IMG/VR virus record: IMGVR_UViG_3300042402_005180
Coordinates: 13,675-77,674 of that record
Origin: a virus
DNA length: 64,000 nucleotides
Direction: 5' to 3' (one strand)
Under the pieces are notes generated by a model. That model was not told the DNA's origin and searched no databases. It was given only the letters and a program-made list of their open reading frames with translations. Shown here one piece after another: positions 50,201 to 58,050 of the stretch. The position numbers and the translations under genes are program-made. The number at the start of each line of letters is the position of its first letter. Within the stretch, counting starts at the first letter, position 1.

Positions 50201-52974
50201 GCTTTTGCGTATGCCTGATCACCAATTGTTCTTTTTAGCGTGCGATCCATATCAACTGCGCCGCCACCAGCATCAATGATTGCCTGAATAGCCTTTACTG
50301 GATGGGGCAAAATGGCTCCTGTAGCCTGTAGAATATCATCAACAAGAGGGGCGTTTTTTACACCACCACCTTCTGCAAAACGAGACACTATTCCGCCAAG
50401 AGCTGATTTTAATAAACTTACAGGAGGAGATCCTTCCCGCCATTTCTTTAGTTGGTCTAATACTTTTTTTTGTTCGGCTTCACTTAAAGAAAAATCATTT
50501 TTACCAAATTTTCCTTTCATATCTGGTCCTAAAATACCTTTAACTAAATCAGTAGCACCAGCTCCAAAATTTTGTAGATTTAATCTACTTGCTTGTAAGC
50601 CAGTATTAGGATCTTTAGCAAAATTAAAATATTCGCCTGCAATCTCAACTATTTTTTTTCTAAATTCCTCTGATTGCGCTTGCATTCCTTTTAGGCTAGA
50701 TTGTTTAACTTGGGCTTGTTGTTTTTTTGCTACGGCCTTGCTTGATTCAATCTTAACTCCTGCGCCGGTTTGATCATACTTTGTAAGTCCAATTTGGCTT
50801 CGATCTTGTAATAAAGAGTTTGCAATTTTTGTTCCTAAAACGCTTCGTATAGCTTTATCTGATATAGATCTTTTGGCGTCTCCACTAATTAAAGAAGAAA
50901 TTAAACCTGCTTTATCTAATCCAAACAGTTGCGATAATTTTTCTCCTTTACCACCCAAACTAGGAAAGTCCCAATTTGAAGTTCCTCCGCCTAATTTAAC
51001 TTGGCCTAGAGAAGCTGTAACTGCTTCTAGAACGTAACCTTCGATTGTAGCTTTGGCGCTATTATCTTTTTCAAAAAGAGATTTAATTGCACTATTAAAA
51101 TATGACTGATCTGTTTTTAAAGGTGGACTTCCAAGACTAAAATCAGGAGTTTCTATAATTGTAGAAATTATTTTTTTAAATCCCGCCTTAGTAACTTTTT
51201 CAATTCTTTTTTTCATTGCCTGAGATTTTTCAGCATCATTTCCACCAATATAAAATGCTGGAACTTGATAAGTATCGTCTGCTGCAATTTCAACAGAAGC
51301 GTCTGGGTTTTTTGCCATAGCTGCTAATTGAGCTTCTACGCTTTTATTTTTTACTTTAGCTTTTCCTCTTAAAATATCATCTTTAGCTCCAAGTGGTTGA
51401 AGAGCAAATACTCCATATTTATTTGATTTTGGAAAAATAGTAACCCTTCCTCCAGCAGCATATTTATTCATTCTCGCAAGATTTTCCGCTCCTAATTTTT
51501 CAACAGAACTCTTGCGTATTACAAATTCGCCCGGAGTAAGCATCGCCGGAACAGTATCTCCATTTCCTTGTCCGGGAACCATTCCACCGCTAGCAAATCC
51601 AATAGGTCCGCCAAGAGACTTCTTGCCAATAGAACCTAAACCTTTAATTGCAGGAATAAAAGCCTGACCTAATTTAAAGGTTGCAAAAGTAGCAATAAGT
51701 GGAATAAGAGGTTTTATTGTATCTGCAACTTTTATAAAGGCATTTGCTAAACTTAATAAAAATCTTGCAGTATCTTGAAACGATTTACTATCTGTCAATT
51801 CTCTTATAAATCTCTTAAACTCTTCACGAGTTTTATCTATTTGAACTGATAGTGATTGCTGTGCAGTTGCGGCGTCTTTTGCTAGTGAGCCACTCGCGCC
51901 TTGAGCAGAGCTAAGAGCTTTTTGTGCAACTGTAAACTGTTGAATAAGAGGAATAACTTTTGAAACTTGACGGAATCCACCAAGCTCTTCAACTACAAGA
52001 TTAAATCTAAAATCTCTTGGATCTATAGTTTGTAAAGCAATTGCTAGCCTTTTAGCGGCTTCCATTGGACCGACAAATTTTCCCTCTGCATCTTGAAGTT
52101 CTATACCAAGATTTCTAAGTGCATTTATAGTGTCAACACGCTGAACACGAGTAAAAATTGTTCTAAATCCTGTAGCGATACTTTCTGCTGATTCACGAGT
52201 CGTAGAGCGTACAGATGTAAACAGTGCAATTAGTTCATCTAAACTACCACCAGCGCTTTCAAACGCAGAACCAGTTGTTCTAATTGCTGTAATTAAGTCC
52301 GCCGATTCAACAGCGAAATCTTTAGAAACTTGATTAATAGCAGATAAAGATTTTTCTAAGAAATCTATTTCTGTTCCTGCTCTTTGGGCAGTTTTACCAA
52401 ACTGATTAAGAACAGCGATAACGCCTTCTGTTGTGTCTTGAATTGAATCGAAGGTAGCAGCTAATTCTGTTTGTGCTAATAGCTTTAATGTTCCTCTAAC
52501 TTTATCAGCGGCAAATCCGGCTTGTGTTAATTCTCTTGCTGCTAAAACTAACTCTTTAGAAGATACTCCAAAATTTGAAGCTACATTTCCAATTTCACTA
52601 GACAAGGATTTTAAATCGCTCATTGTTTTCCCAGTAGCCTGAGAAATTTTCACCATTTCTCTTTCAAATTCAATTGCTTCGCCAACTGCATTTTTAATAG
52701 CTCTAGTTAAACCAATAAGAGTTCCCGTTGCAAGTGCCATGCCTGAAAATCTTTTAGCGGCGGCTAAAACACTACTACCCAAAGAGTCAACAGACTTTTT
52801 TGCTGCGGCACTATTTTTAGACAAGTTAACCATTTGAGAGTTAGCCTGAGCTAAATTCGTAAGTTTTATATTTAGGTTGGCCCCTTGAAACTGCTGCCTT
52901 AGATTGTTAACGACCTGATTTAAATTTTTAGTTTGTAAGTTTAATTCAGCAGTAATGGTAAACTTTGAAGCCAT
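44275..52974 (-). CDS. tape measure protein (TP901-type core) with internal cargo domains
   Basis: 2899 aa; AIEFEREMVKISQATG...TP901-like core; Ala/Gly-rich helical body; 4x DTVPAMLTPGEFV. Confidence 0.9.
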   Translation of the reverse strand: MASKFTITAELNLQTKNLNQVVNNLRQQFQGANLNIKLTNLAQANSQMVNLSKNSAAAKKSVDSLGSSVLAAAKRFSGMALATGTLIGLTRAIKNAVGEAIEFEREMVKISQATGKTMSDLKSLSSEIGNVASNFGVSSKELVLAARELTQAGFAADKVRGTLKLLAQTELAATFDSIQDTTEGVIAVLNQFGKTAQRAGTEIDFLEKSLSAINQVSKDFAVESADLITAIRTTGSAFESAGGSLDELIALFTSVRSTTRESAESIATGFRTIFTRVQRVDTINALRNLGIELQDAEGKFVGPMEAAKRLAIALQTIDPRDFRFNLVVEELGGFRQVSKVIPLIQQFTVAQKALSSAQGASGSLAKDAATAQQSLSVQIDKTREEFKRFIRELTDSKSFQDTARFLLSLANAFIKVADTIKPLIPLIATFATFKLGQAFIPAIKGLGSIGKKSLGGPIGFASGGMVPGQGNGDTVPAMLTPGEFVIRKSSVEKLGAENLARMNKYAAGGRVTIFPKSNKYGVFALQPLGAKDDILRGKAKVKNKSVEAQLAAMAKNPDASVEIAADDTYQVPAFYIGGNDAEKSQAMKKRIEKVTKAGFKKIISTIIETPDFSLGSPPLKTDQSYFNSAIKSLFEKDNSAKATIEGYVLEAVTASLGQVKLGGGTSNWDFPSLGGKGEKLSQLFGLDKAGLISSLISGDAKRSISDKAIRSVLGTKIANSLLQDRSQIGLTKYDQTGAGVKIESSKAVAKKQQAQVKQSSLKGMQAQSEEFRKKIVEIAGEYFNFAKDPNTGLQASRLNLQNFGAGATDLVKGILGPDMKGKFGKNDFSLSEAEQKKVLDQLKKWREGSPPVSLLKSALGGIVSRFAEGGGVKNAPLVDDILQATGAILPHPVKAIQAIIDAGGGAVDMDRTLKRTIGDQAYAKAPTKKAQAEVLKRYFRDDAARLADVKSAPLTQFGKALKDAVESGQINPRKMQIISKSGRTPGLAEYLSSVFGIPVSNMVFTEGKTKQPALDALRQKGPRADRVSRFASGGFASGTDTVPAMLTPGEFVINKQSAQKIGYSNLHRMNKVAKFANGGAVGVQHLAIGGEVDQQSHYKPNNKESLDSVLSKHRDDELQSNFIKTANLSPNFAESLSKYRELGLIQKSNSKDRNSSTKSFIAAYGLSKLKDEDLKNKFKDKFEINDEIKNIFKYYDSGISDLVSYLGKQDKIKLSQITGHDFSKNKNYGNIEIFSGKNDILARYVDGENDRTGFVEAKKNKDNFYRVKFSYATSGYGPKLYDALLEEAAKIGSWVAPDTNISKNAAGVWKNYYLNRQDVNKKLMDYNNWNNASGKFQTKPEKDIEKLKLTWPKKEDPDWALQYAYQKPSSDNKNIIRAKKKFGPSYEGREAVLASIKNFATGGKTSGTDTVPAMLTPGEFVINKQSAQAIGYSSLNRMNKVGKFANGGPVGVQYFATGGTVDPATLKMLVEIRKMSRQALTQGPTASGAALGSGNKQIQTFIKMVEALNKAGLDSSKLIKEGFAEIKKDAANFKISKELKATYKEAASNTSNNQEQQLQKASQTNIQNLLLLGSAIGSVVTQFTTLSDEQKAYYGALTATFTVYQGIGQNLKNFGLGIIETMQQRKQEKLALAQSAAAMKNHANAANQAATQIKSGSVGSKAGSTAGGSGIGGTISKLDKGMVIFDGIITGFSAVMAIAAANAAYYAEVSEKSAKKMNETIDALFKDASKVSTGKLTSDISQASSDKAKASLMGKIGSDSKSIMKILGAAIGGGIIGGKVGGVAGTATGVPGGTLVGAGIGATAGAFGGAYLQYQDQVARAEAKQKQMLDDLNAASASLAVSFKTSAEETQKLQKFMGSIDKKTDKQVSDQAAASTTKFVQSLDAATNAELKYMNAAGSLVEAQKLFGDQIKQAKEKADEFGKALDQIIGAEYARQITQLGNKIGTKGVDVGGEISKIVESQKENISKRTTAETKSQYGAKIEDLLRGAGKAGTPKGDFAQFMGKQIQSLTFGKGGLNEKRAEKGELELEKSATEAAIQIIKQKQALAEEEAIRKKLIGTLADQLALSIGLENFEYSIKKANDSIVNAGAMFGDSLSAFSSSVPNADVLSLSAPNAANSPDFKKAMDTISSVGPIGKELADKFNQLNGVMPKLKVGLEKNTLRVGASSKEIDSFIQSIGIDGGTDVGKAIRESIEKETKSSEITPREGVSSGAEIAKRIQDNIENYAKILQEGGGRILKAMQDHEASITKAYDEIAQSRKRQLDIELEGADSFQELVKNVANAQGKILTLTEKNALRTNRQNMLAGKYAGNPEAIGKRLRDIRTSLAKETDIGKKAGLLEESTKLKQSLKELSNQSSRTADTLFELEKLKAQRETARDATKSYLFGTREEKDKQEDIMVALRDAMQSGDIESIPDELKSGVSGLLDQFKDVKAFGGMTGKEVQNQLMANKMMQMGNVEGAMAIANDTSGPEQQMIQELGNIYAQEEKARRAMLLEEMLHQDMLNQSIQMNTQSLNNLVKETQEKAAELRPAGGPQNLETPEALQAQKKAAEARLTKIDSDIATIDQSIEKFLQRIDNMFQQVKDKFDGTEKKSTGGLIYRAGGGFTPRGTDTVPAMLTPGEFVVNKRAVDKFGAGNLQKINAGYYANGGNIDQLGLPSRRSGNIRSRLDEVRKQIEQGVYKNKEGKNINDIMDMREYRKAKEQAIKEAKAEDQKQADEIAKRGRDPKIAYMQKAEEWLKQRSINTRKMEGFLNPKKVQSSGSSKVSGPIVQQKTMISQSMAQQQRQSMATTPAQQANAAVNPGAAGAGAMPPDMTGFAQSVESLNSIAATFSSFTETLANLANQFAGITVQHTMTVDGSIAVTGVNGPEIAKQLSDAIIGQIRTEVLNQIQLNNRQEKR
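45028..45198 (-). repeat. TMP module copy 4 (STGG..RAGGG..GTDTVPAMLTPGEFVV...YANGG)
   Basis: C-terminal copy, in the usual TMP position. Confidence 0.9.
48598..48780 (-). repeat. TMP module copy 3 (FATGG...GTDTVPAMLTPGEFVINKQSAQ...FANGG..FATGG)
   Basis: Direct repeat of copy 2. Confidence 0.9.
49705..49888 (-). repeat. TMP module copy 2 (FASGG...GTDTVPAMLTPGEFVINKQSAQ...FANGG..LAIGG)
   Basis: Near-identical to copy 3 at protein level and similar at DNA level. Confidence 0.9.
51449..51597 (-). repeat. TMP module copy 1 (FASGG...DTVPAMLTPGEFV...YAAGG)
   Basis: Read directly from the translation. Confidence 0.9.
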
Positions 52975-52989
52975 TTATTTTATTCCTAT

Positions 52990-53041
52990 AAAAAAATACA
53001 TGCCGGTAGTATCTCTATCTAAACGGACACTATCCAGCATG
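52990..53041 (-). terminator. long hairpin + U-tract upstream of the TMP (terminator/attenuator)
   Basis: CATGCTGG-A-TAGTGTC ... GATACTA-CCGGCATG followed by TATTTTTTT on the - strand. Confidence 0.6.
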
Positions 53042-53060
53042 TGCTACTTTCCATCCTACT

Positions 53061-53073
53061 TTATATTACACAA
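53061..53073 (-). promoter_or_regulatory. putative phage promoter (TTGTGTAATATAA)
   Basis: Variant of the recurring motif, immediately after the upstream stop codon. Confidence 0.45.
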
Positions 53074-53937
53074 TTATTCAGCAGGATTGTCTTTCTTTTT
53101 TTTAGTTTTTTTGGCTTCTTCTTGTGAAGCAGCTTCATCATTAATTGGATTGCCATCGTCATCTGTAAATGGCAGTTGTTCAACTTCTGTAGGCTCTCCA
53201 TTTTTATTGACTCTATATGATTTTCCATTTTCATCATAAGCAATAAAATAGTTATCCTTATCGATTAATCTTTCAACACCATCTTCATCAATAGCGATAA
53301 GATGACCATCTTTATTAACTAACCTTCCTTCATCATTAACAAACTTAAACTTTTTCAAGAAGTCGTTTTCTGGAAGATTTTTTTCATAGTTTTGATCAAG
53401 ATTATAAAGCAAGTTGGCAAGTTCACCAGCAGCTTTTACGGCCCAAGGTTCTGCTCCTCTTTCATTATAGTCTTCTATATCTTTGAATACAGGAGATTTA
53501 GTTGATGGATCGAGAACACAAACGGAAACAAGATAGTCAAATCTTGCATTATCAGCAGTTCCTTCTGCGGTATTATTATCGTAAGCTGTTCTTACTGAAA
53601 TTAAATCTCTAAACTCTTCTCTTGTATTTTTAAGATCAATAGCTATTGACTTTGCTTTCTTTAATGGGATTCCACCCTTTTTAAGAATTAATTCAAGATT
53701 ATTAATCTTCTGAATAAATTGATCGTATTTTTCCTGCTTTTCCTTGCTCCACAATCCCTTTTTCTCAAGAATATCATTAAGTTCTTGTCTTAAATAAGCA
53801 TTTTTTTGTAAGCACTCTGCCCAAACTTTATTATAAACAATTTGAGACTGGTTATAATCTTTTCTTGTTGGCTTCTTTACAAGAACTTTAACTTCGCCTT
53901 CCACTATTTCTCTATATTCCTCAGACATTATTGTCAT
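53074..53937 (-). CDS. putative tail assembly chaperone
   Basis: Lies between tail tube and TMP; charged helical protein. Confidence 0.5.
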   Translation of the reverse strand: MTIMSEEYREIVEGEVKVLVKKPTRKDYNQSQIVYNKVWAECLQKNAYLRQELNDILEKKGLWSKEKQEKYDQFIQKINNLELILKKGGIPLKKAKSIAIDLKNTREEFRDLISVRTAYDNNTAEGTADNARFDYLVSVCVLDPSTKSPVFKDIEDYNERGAEPWAVKAAGELANLLYNLDQNYEKNLPENDFLKKFKFVNDEGRLVNKDGHLIAIDEDGVERLIDKDNYFIAYDENGKSYRVNKNGEPTEVEQLPFTDDDGNPINDEAASQEEAKKTKKKKDNPAE

Positions 53938-54283
53938 CTCCTCTGTTTACAAACGGTAAATTAATAGTATATTTTTTCCATGTTATATCATAGTTGATAA
54001 ATTCATTTTCCAGATTCCTCATTTGTGTGTTACCACGATCAAGGATTTCAGACCTCACTTCTTCAAAAATATTTCGAAGTTCTTTTTGTTCAGCAGTTGG
54101 ATTTTCAATATCCCATAAAAACCCAAAATAATTTTCAATAGTAGAAATTGCCCCAATCATTGTTGTTTGAACTTTCTTTTTTGCGATGTTCAACAACTTC
54201 TCTCTTGAAAGCTCTCTTTTTTGTTCTTCCCTTTTCTGCTTTAAATCAAAAGATTTTTTTATATAATTTGAATAGTCATCCAT
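53921..54283 (-). CDS. hypothetical protein (tail assembly region)
   Basis: Coupled ORF. Confidence 0.6.
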   Translation of the reverse strand: MDDYSNYIKKSFDLKQKREEQKRELSREKLLNIAKKKVQTTMIGAISTIENYFGFLWDIENPTAEQKELRNIFEEVRSEILDRGNTQMRNLENEFINYDITWKKYTINLPFVNRGDDNNV

Positions 54284-55323
54284 TAATTCCCTCTCAGTTT
54301 ATTTGCAAAAAGATTATTTTGTTGAATCCCAATATCCATTGCAACGTCTGCAAATTGAATATCTTGAACATTTGTTTTTCCTTTAATCATTTCCATCCTT
54401 TCATTTTTTATATTTCTGGAATGCTGATTATTAAATCCATCCACATATTGAGCTTCTTCGTCAGACCCTGCCATTATAAATATTTCGCCAGCATTTGCGA
54501 TTTTTTTATTATTAGTAAAAGCATCAGCCTCTTGGTCCTTTTTCATTCTTTCATATTTTCTTTTTTGATCTATAAACCACCCATCTAAGCAGTCGTCATC
54601 TTCTATAACTTTTTCTGGGGGGCTTTCTGTACTTTCATATACATTATCGTACATAGTAGAGAATGAACATAGAGCTATTTGATCTCTTGTCATCATTGAT
54701 ACTGGCCGACTAAAAAGATTTCCAGTTTTTTTTCCTAAATTCCACATTGGTCGCCAAGAATCACACCTTGCTATTTTTCGAAAATCTTCAGATGGTATAA
54801 CAGAAGATTCATAATGAGACATAATTGTATTGACTGAAAATCTTTTCCAGTCATATAATTTATTGGAGTCTTTATAATAAGTTGAATTTTCAATAATCCA
54901 ATTCCACTGAGCAAGCGTTGCAACACCTTCACAAGTTAAGTGATCAAATTGACTTTTCTTTTTATATATTTTAGATATTGCATTTTGATTTTGAAAAAGG
55001 GCGTATTTTAATCCTGTTAAATTTTTAGGCTTCATGAAGTTTTTAAAGCATTCAACTTTTAAATTTTCTTGATCTGCTTTTAATTTCTCTAATTCCATGT
55101 CATCAAATGGACTATAGAAAAATTTTTCCATCATAAGCTCATAAGCCTCTTCTTTAATCATTACACCGCTTATATAGGCTTTATCATATATTTCTTGATA
55201 TACTTCTGACGATTGATACATCAAGTCTTGATCTGGTTCTAGTATATATAAAGAAAGACCATCTCTGCGAAAGCTGAGATGGCCCTTCATAATTCTATAT
55301 AATAAAAAGTCCGTTCCAGTCAT
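54283..55323 (-). CDS. putative tail assembly chaperone
   Basis: Lies between tube and TMP; YDNVYES..PPEKVIEDDDCLDGW. Confidence 0.5.
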   Translation of the reverse strand: MTGTDFLLYRIMKGHLSFRRDGLSLYILEPDQDLMYQSSEVYQEIYDKAYISGVMIKEEAYELMMEKFFYSPFDDMELEKLKADQENLKVECFKNFMKPKNLTGLKYALFQNQNAISKIYKKKSQFDHLTCEGVATLAQWNWIIENSTYYKDSNKLYDWKRFSVNTIMSHYESSVIPSEDFRKIARCDSWRPMWNLGKKTGNLFSRPVSMMTRDQIALCSFSTMYDNVYESTESPPEKVIEDDDCLDGWFIDQKRKYERMKKDQEADAFTNNKKIANAGEIFIMAGSDEEAQYVDGFNNQHSRNIKNERMEMIKGKTNVQDIQFADVAMDIGIQQNNLFANKLRGN

Positions 55324-55338
55324 CCTATTAACTTAATC

Positions 55339-56388
55339 TTAAGAAACTACGCCAGTTTGAACTCTAAAGGCATTGAATCCTTGGTATGAGAAAGTCATAG
55401 TAGCATTTCCCCCACCAGTATCACCGCCAGTATAGTTTACACTTGTAAGTTTATTTTTTGTTCCAAGATCAATTGATAGAGTTTTTGTACCATTGTTAAA
55501 GTTTACAATAATTTGTCTATCAGATAGCGAATAATTTTCACCACTAGATGACATTCTATCGCCACTTGTAGAAATAACTTCAAAATCACAAGTTACAGCA
55601 ATTGGGAAGTTTGCATATTTAACATATGGTAAAAATTTACCAAGTTCAAAAATATTCTCACGACCCATATCTGCTGAAACTGTAATAGTTTGAATTTTTG
55701 ATACTACACCATTTGTAGCATTAAGAACTTCAGTTGGAATAACTGTTGCTTTTGACGCAACAACACCAGTTGTAAAGTGTTGTCTACGAAATACAGTATT
55801 AAGAGGAGAGTCATAAGAAGGTTCATTAATACCGCTATAATATCCTGCGCCAGATGGGTAGTAAACAACTCCATTATTATACGTTCCTGTTCCAACCCAT
55901 GTTGATGGATTAAAGGCTGGGAATAAAGTGCTATCTGACCACTGCTTTTGATTTCCAACAAATGTTACTGATTCTGTAGAATTGCCTTCGACTGGGAACG
56001 TATATGTAATATTGCTTGGGCGCATACCGGAGCAATAAACAAGACCATTGAATCCAAGGCCAGTAGCTGCACTATTTGTATCTGGATAAATAATTAAATA
56101 AACACCAGCTTTTTGATTAGAAGCAGCAACAATACTACTATTACCAGAACTAGCAGCAGTTAAATATGTTAGTGCATTTCCATCAAGAACTCTTTCTGTT
56201 GTAACTTCGATTTCTGCAATATTTTCAATATTCTGAAAAAGAGCTAATTGACCAAGTTCGAATACTTGTTCTAGGTTAAAATTGGTAGTAATACCAACTG
56301 ATTGCATACCGTGCATCCAGCTAATTGTGCCAGTGTCGTCTGGTTGAATTCCAACTGCTTGCACAGCATAAAAAATACGATTTGACAT
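55339..56388 (-). CDS. major tail tube protein
   Basis: Two internal repeats (EQVFELGQ / ENIFELGK), beta-rich, GGAG RBS, own promoter, synteny. Confidence 0.7.
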   Translation of the reverse strand: MSNRIFYAVQAVGIQPDDTGTISWMHGMQSVGITTNFNLEQVFELGQLALFQNIENIAEIEVTTERVLDGNALTYLTAASSGNSSIVAASNQKAGVYLIIYPDTNSAATGLGFNGLVYCSGMRPSNITYTFPVEGNSTESVTFVGNQKQWSDSTLFPAFNPSTWVGTGTYNNGVVYYPSGAGYYSGINEPSYDSPLNTVFRRQHFTTGVVASKATVIPTEVLNATNGVVSKIQTITVSADMGRENIFELGKFLPYVKYANFPIAVTCDFEVISTSGDRMSSSGENYSLSDRQIIVNFNNGTKTLSIDLGTKNKLTSVNYTGGDTGGGNATMTFSYQGFNAFRVQTGVVS

Positions 56389-56433
56389 TTAATTTTTCTC
56401 CATTTATAGATCTATTTTAAGAAAAGCCTAAGC

Positions 56434-56450
56434 TATATAATAATACACAA
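56434..56450 (-). promoter_or_regulatory. putative phage promoter (TTGTGTATTATTATA)
   Basis: Recurring motif upstream of the tail tube gene. Confidence 0.5.
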
Positions 56451-56452
56451 AG

Positions 56453-57430
56453 CTAGATTACATCTAGCAATTTTACTTCTGTTGTTGATCTAACTGTTCC
56501 TACATAAAAATCAACACCCACTTGAGTTATTCCATTTATATTAGTATCAAAAATTCTACAATTTTCAAAAAAGTGATTATTGAGCCAATATTTATAGTCA
56601 TATGACCTGTTTATTAAATCGCTTCCAAAACTTAATGGATAATTTCCACTATAAGATATTGTATTTGAATCAAATAAATTTATAATTCTATCATTTTGAT
56701 AAGAAATAATATTTGATATATTTGAACAGTCAGACTCTCTATTAGCAAGTGTATAAAAAAGGATGTCTGTATAAGCCCATTGACCGCCACCTAATTGATA
56801 TCCTTTATATTTTCTATTAGGAATAATTTCAACAAAAACAGCGGGAAGTTGAACTCTTGTTTGGCCTAACTGAACCCAGTCGCCCGAACTAGACAAGAAA
56901 TTTTGATCTATTTTAAAATCACTTGTTTGAATTTGGCGAAAAAATGGAACGCCTTCTGCTCGATCTACTTTTATCCATTTATATGAATAATTTAACTTAA
57001 CAACAGAGGTGGCAGGAACAGGATTGTCAAAAACAACTTGCCCCTCTACAAAGTTAATTCTATATCCTGTTGCAGTGGGGCCAGTATAGCATCCAACGCC
57101 AGAATTATAAGAGTAGGGCAAAAAAGTGTTGTTTACATATAGTCCACTTATTGATATAGGTTGAGTTGATCTATTTATTCCTGTCTCCCAGACCCAATTT
57201 TCCCTAAAACCCCTCCAAACTCTACCCGACTGATAATTTGGATCATTTGCTACTCTTAAGTCACTTTTAGATCCACCATACATTCCGCTTTGAGGAATTG
57301 AAATATTATTAAAACCGCCCTTGTCAAGAAAGCCCCAATCATACATTGTAACAAAATTATCTAATAAAATTGTAGATAATGTTGAATCTTGTGTGTTACT
57401 AATGCCTACTAAAGATGGATTGTAAGTCAT
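56453..57430 (-). CDS. tail terminator/completion-like protein
   Basis: QLPAVFVE...YQLGGG; position before the tube gene. Confidence 0.5.
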   Translation of the reverse strand: MTYNPSLVGISNTQDSTLSTILLDNFVTMYDWGFLDKGGFNNISIPQSGMYGGSKSDLRVANDPNYQSGRVWRGFRENWVWETGINRSTQPISISGLYVNNTFLPYSYNSGVGCYTGPTATGYRINFVEGQVVFDNPVPATSVVKLNYSYKWIKVDRAEGVPFFRQIQTSDFKIDQNFLSSSGDWVQLGQTRVQLPAVFVEIIPNRKYKGYQLGGGQWAYTDILFYTLANRESDCSNISNIISYQNDRIINLFDSNTISYSGNYPLSFGSDLINRSYDYKYWLNNHFFENCRIFDTNINGITQVGVDFYVGTVRSTTEVKLLDVI

Positions 57431-58050
57431 ACGCTTCTCTCAATAATGCTTAAAATTTCTTTTTGTTTTTTTTCTAAGGCTCTGGTAATAAAGTTATTGT
57501 CTTGGGTTCCTGAAAATTGAGAATCAACTTTAAATACGCCGCCATTAGTCATTATGCCGCCGCCCGATCTACTTGTTGGATATGGCCCATAAGAAACATG
57601 ATAGTCAACTATAAGAATAGCATCTCCAGCAGTTAATAGCCATTGTAGCCAAGGCAACACTGCACCTTTTTCTGTTTCTGTAACTGCTGATGGTAAAGAA
57701 AATAAGTTTTGAAAATCTTCGGGCTGAATATAAACTGAAAGCACAGAAGTTGCTCCAGTTTTTGTAAAACGAAAGTATTTAAAATACACTTGAACAGAAT
57801 TAGCAACTGCGTAAATAATCTCATCGGAGGGGTCATAATTTAAACCAAAATCAGTTTTTAATTTGCCGCCTCTTAATGATTCTATTTCAGGACAACTAGA
57901 TAATGCTTGAACTGTGAGATTAATAATTTCAGAATGAATTTTTACTTTTGCTTTTTGAAATATTTTTTTTAACTCTTGCTCAGAAGCTGCGAGAATATCT
58001 TTTTGTATTTTATCTGAGGACTCAAGGATTTTTATTTTAAGTTGACTCAT
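57427..58050 (-). CDS. neck/tail completion protein (HK97 gp10-like position)
   Basis: Synteny; C-terminal NNFITRAL. Confidence 0.45.
   Translation of the reverse strand: MSQLKIKILESSDKIQKDILAASEQELKKIFQKAKVKIHSEIINLTVQALSSCPEIESLRGGKLKTDFGLNYDPSDEIIYAVANSVQVYFKYFRFTKTGATSVLSVYIQPEDFQNLFSLPSAVTETEKGAVLPWLQWLLTAGDAILIVDYHVSYGPYPTSRSGGGIMTNGGVFKVDSQFSGTQDNNFITRALEKKQKEILSIIERSV

Noticed and set aside
53061-53243. Programmed-frameshift extension of a tail chaperone
   Set aside because: The alternative-frame ORF ends only 13 nt past the main stop and no convincing slippery site was identified.
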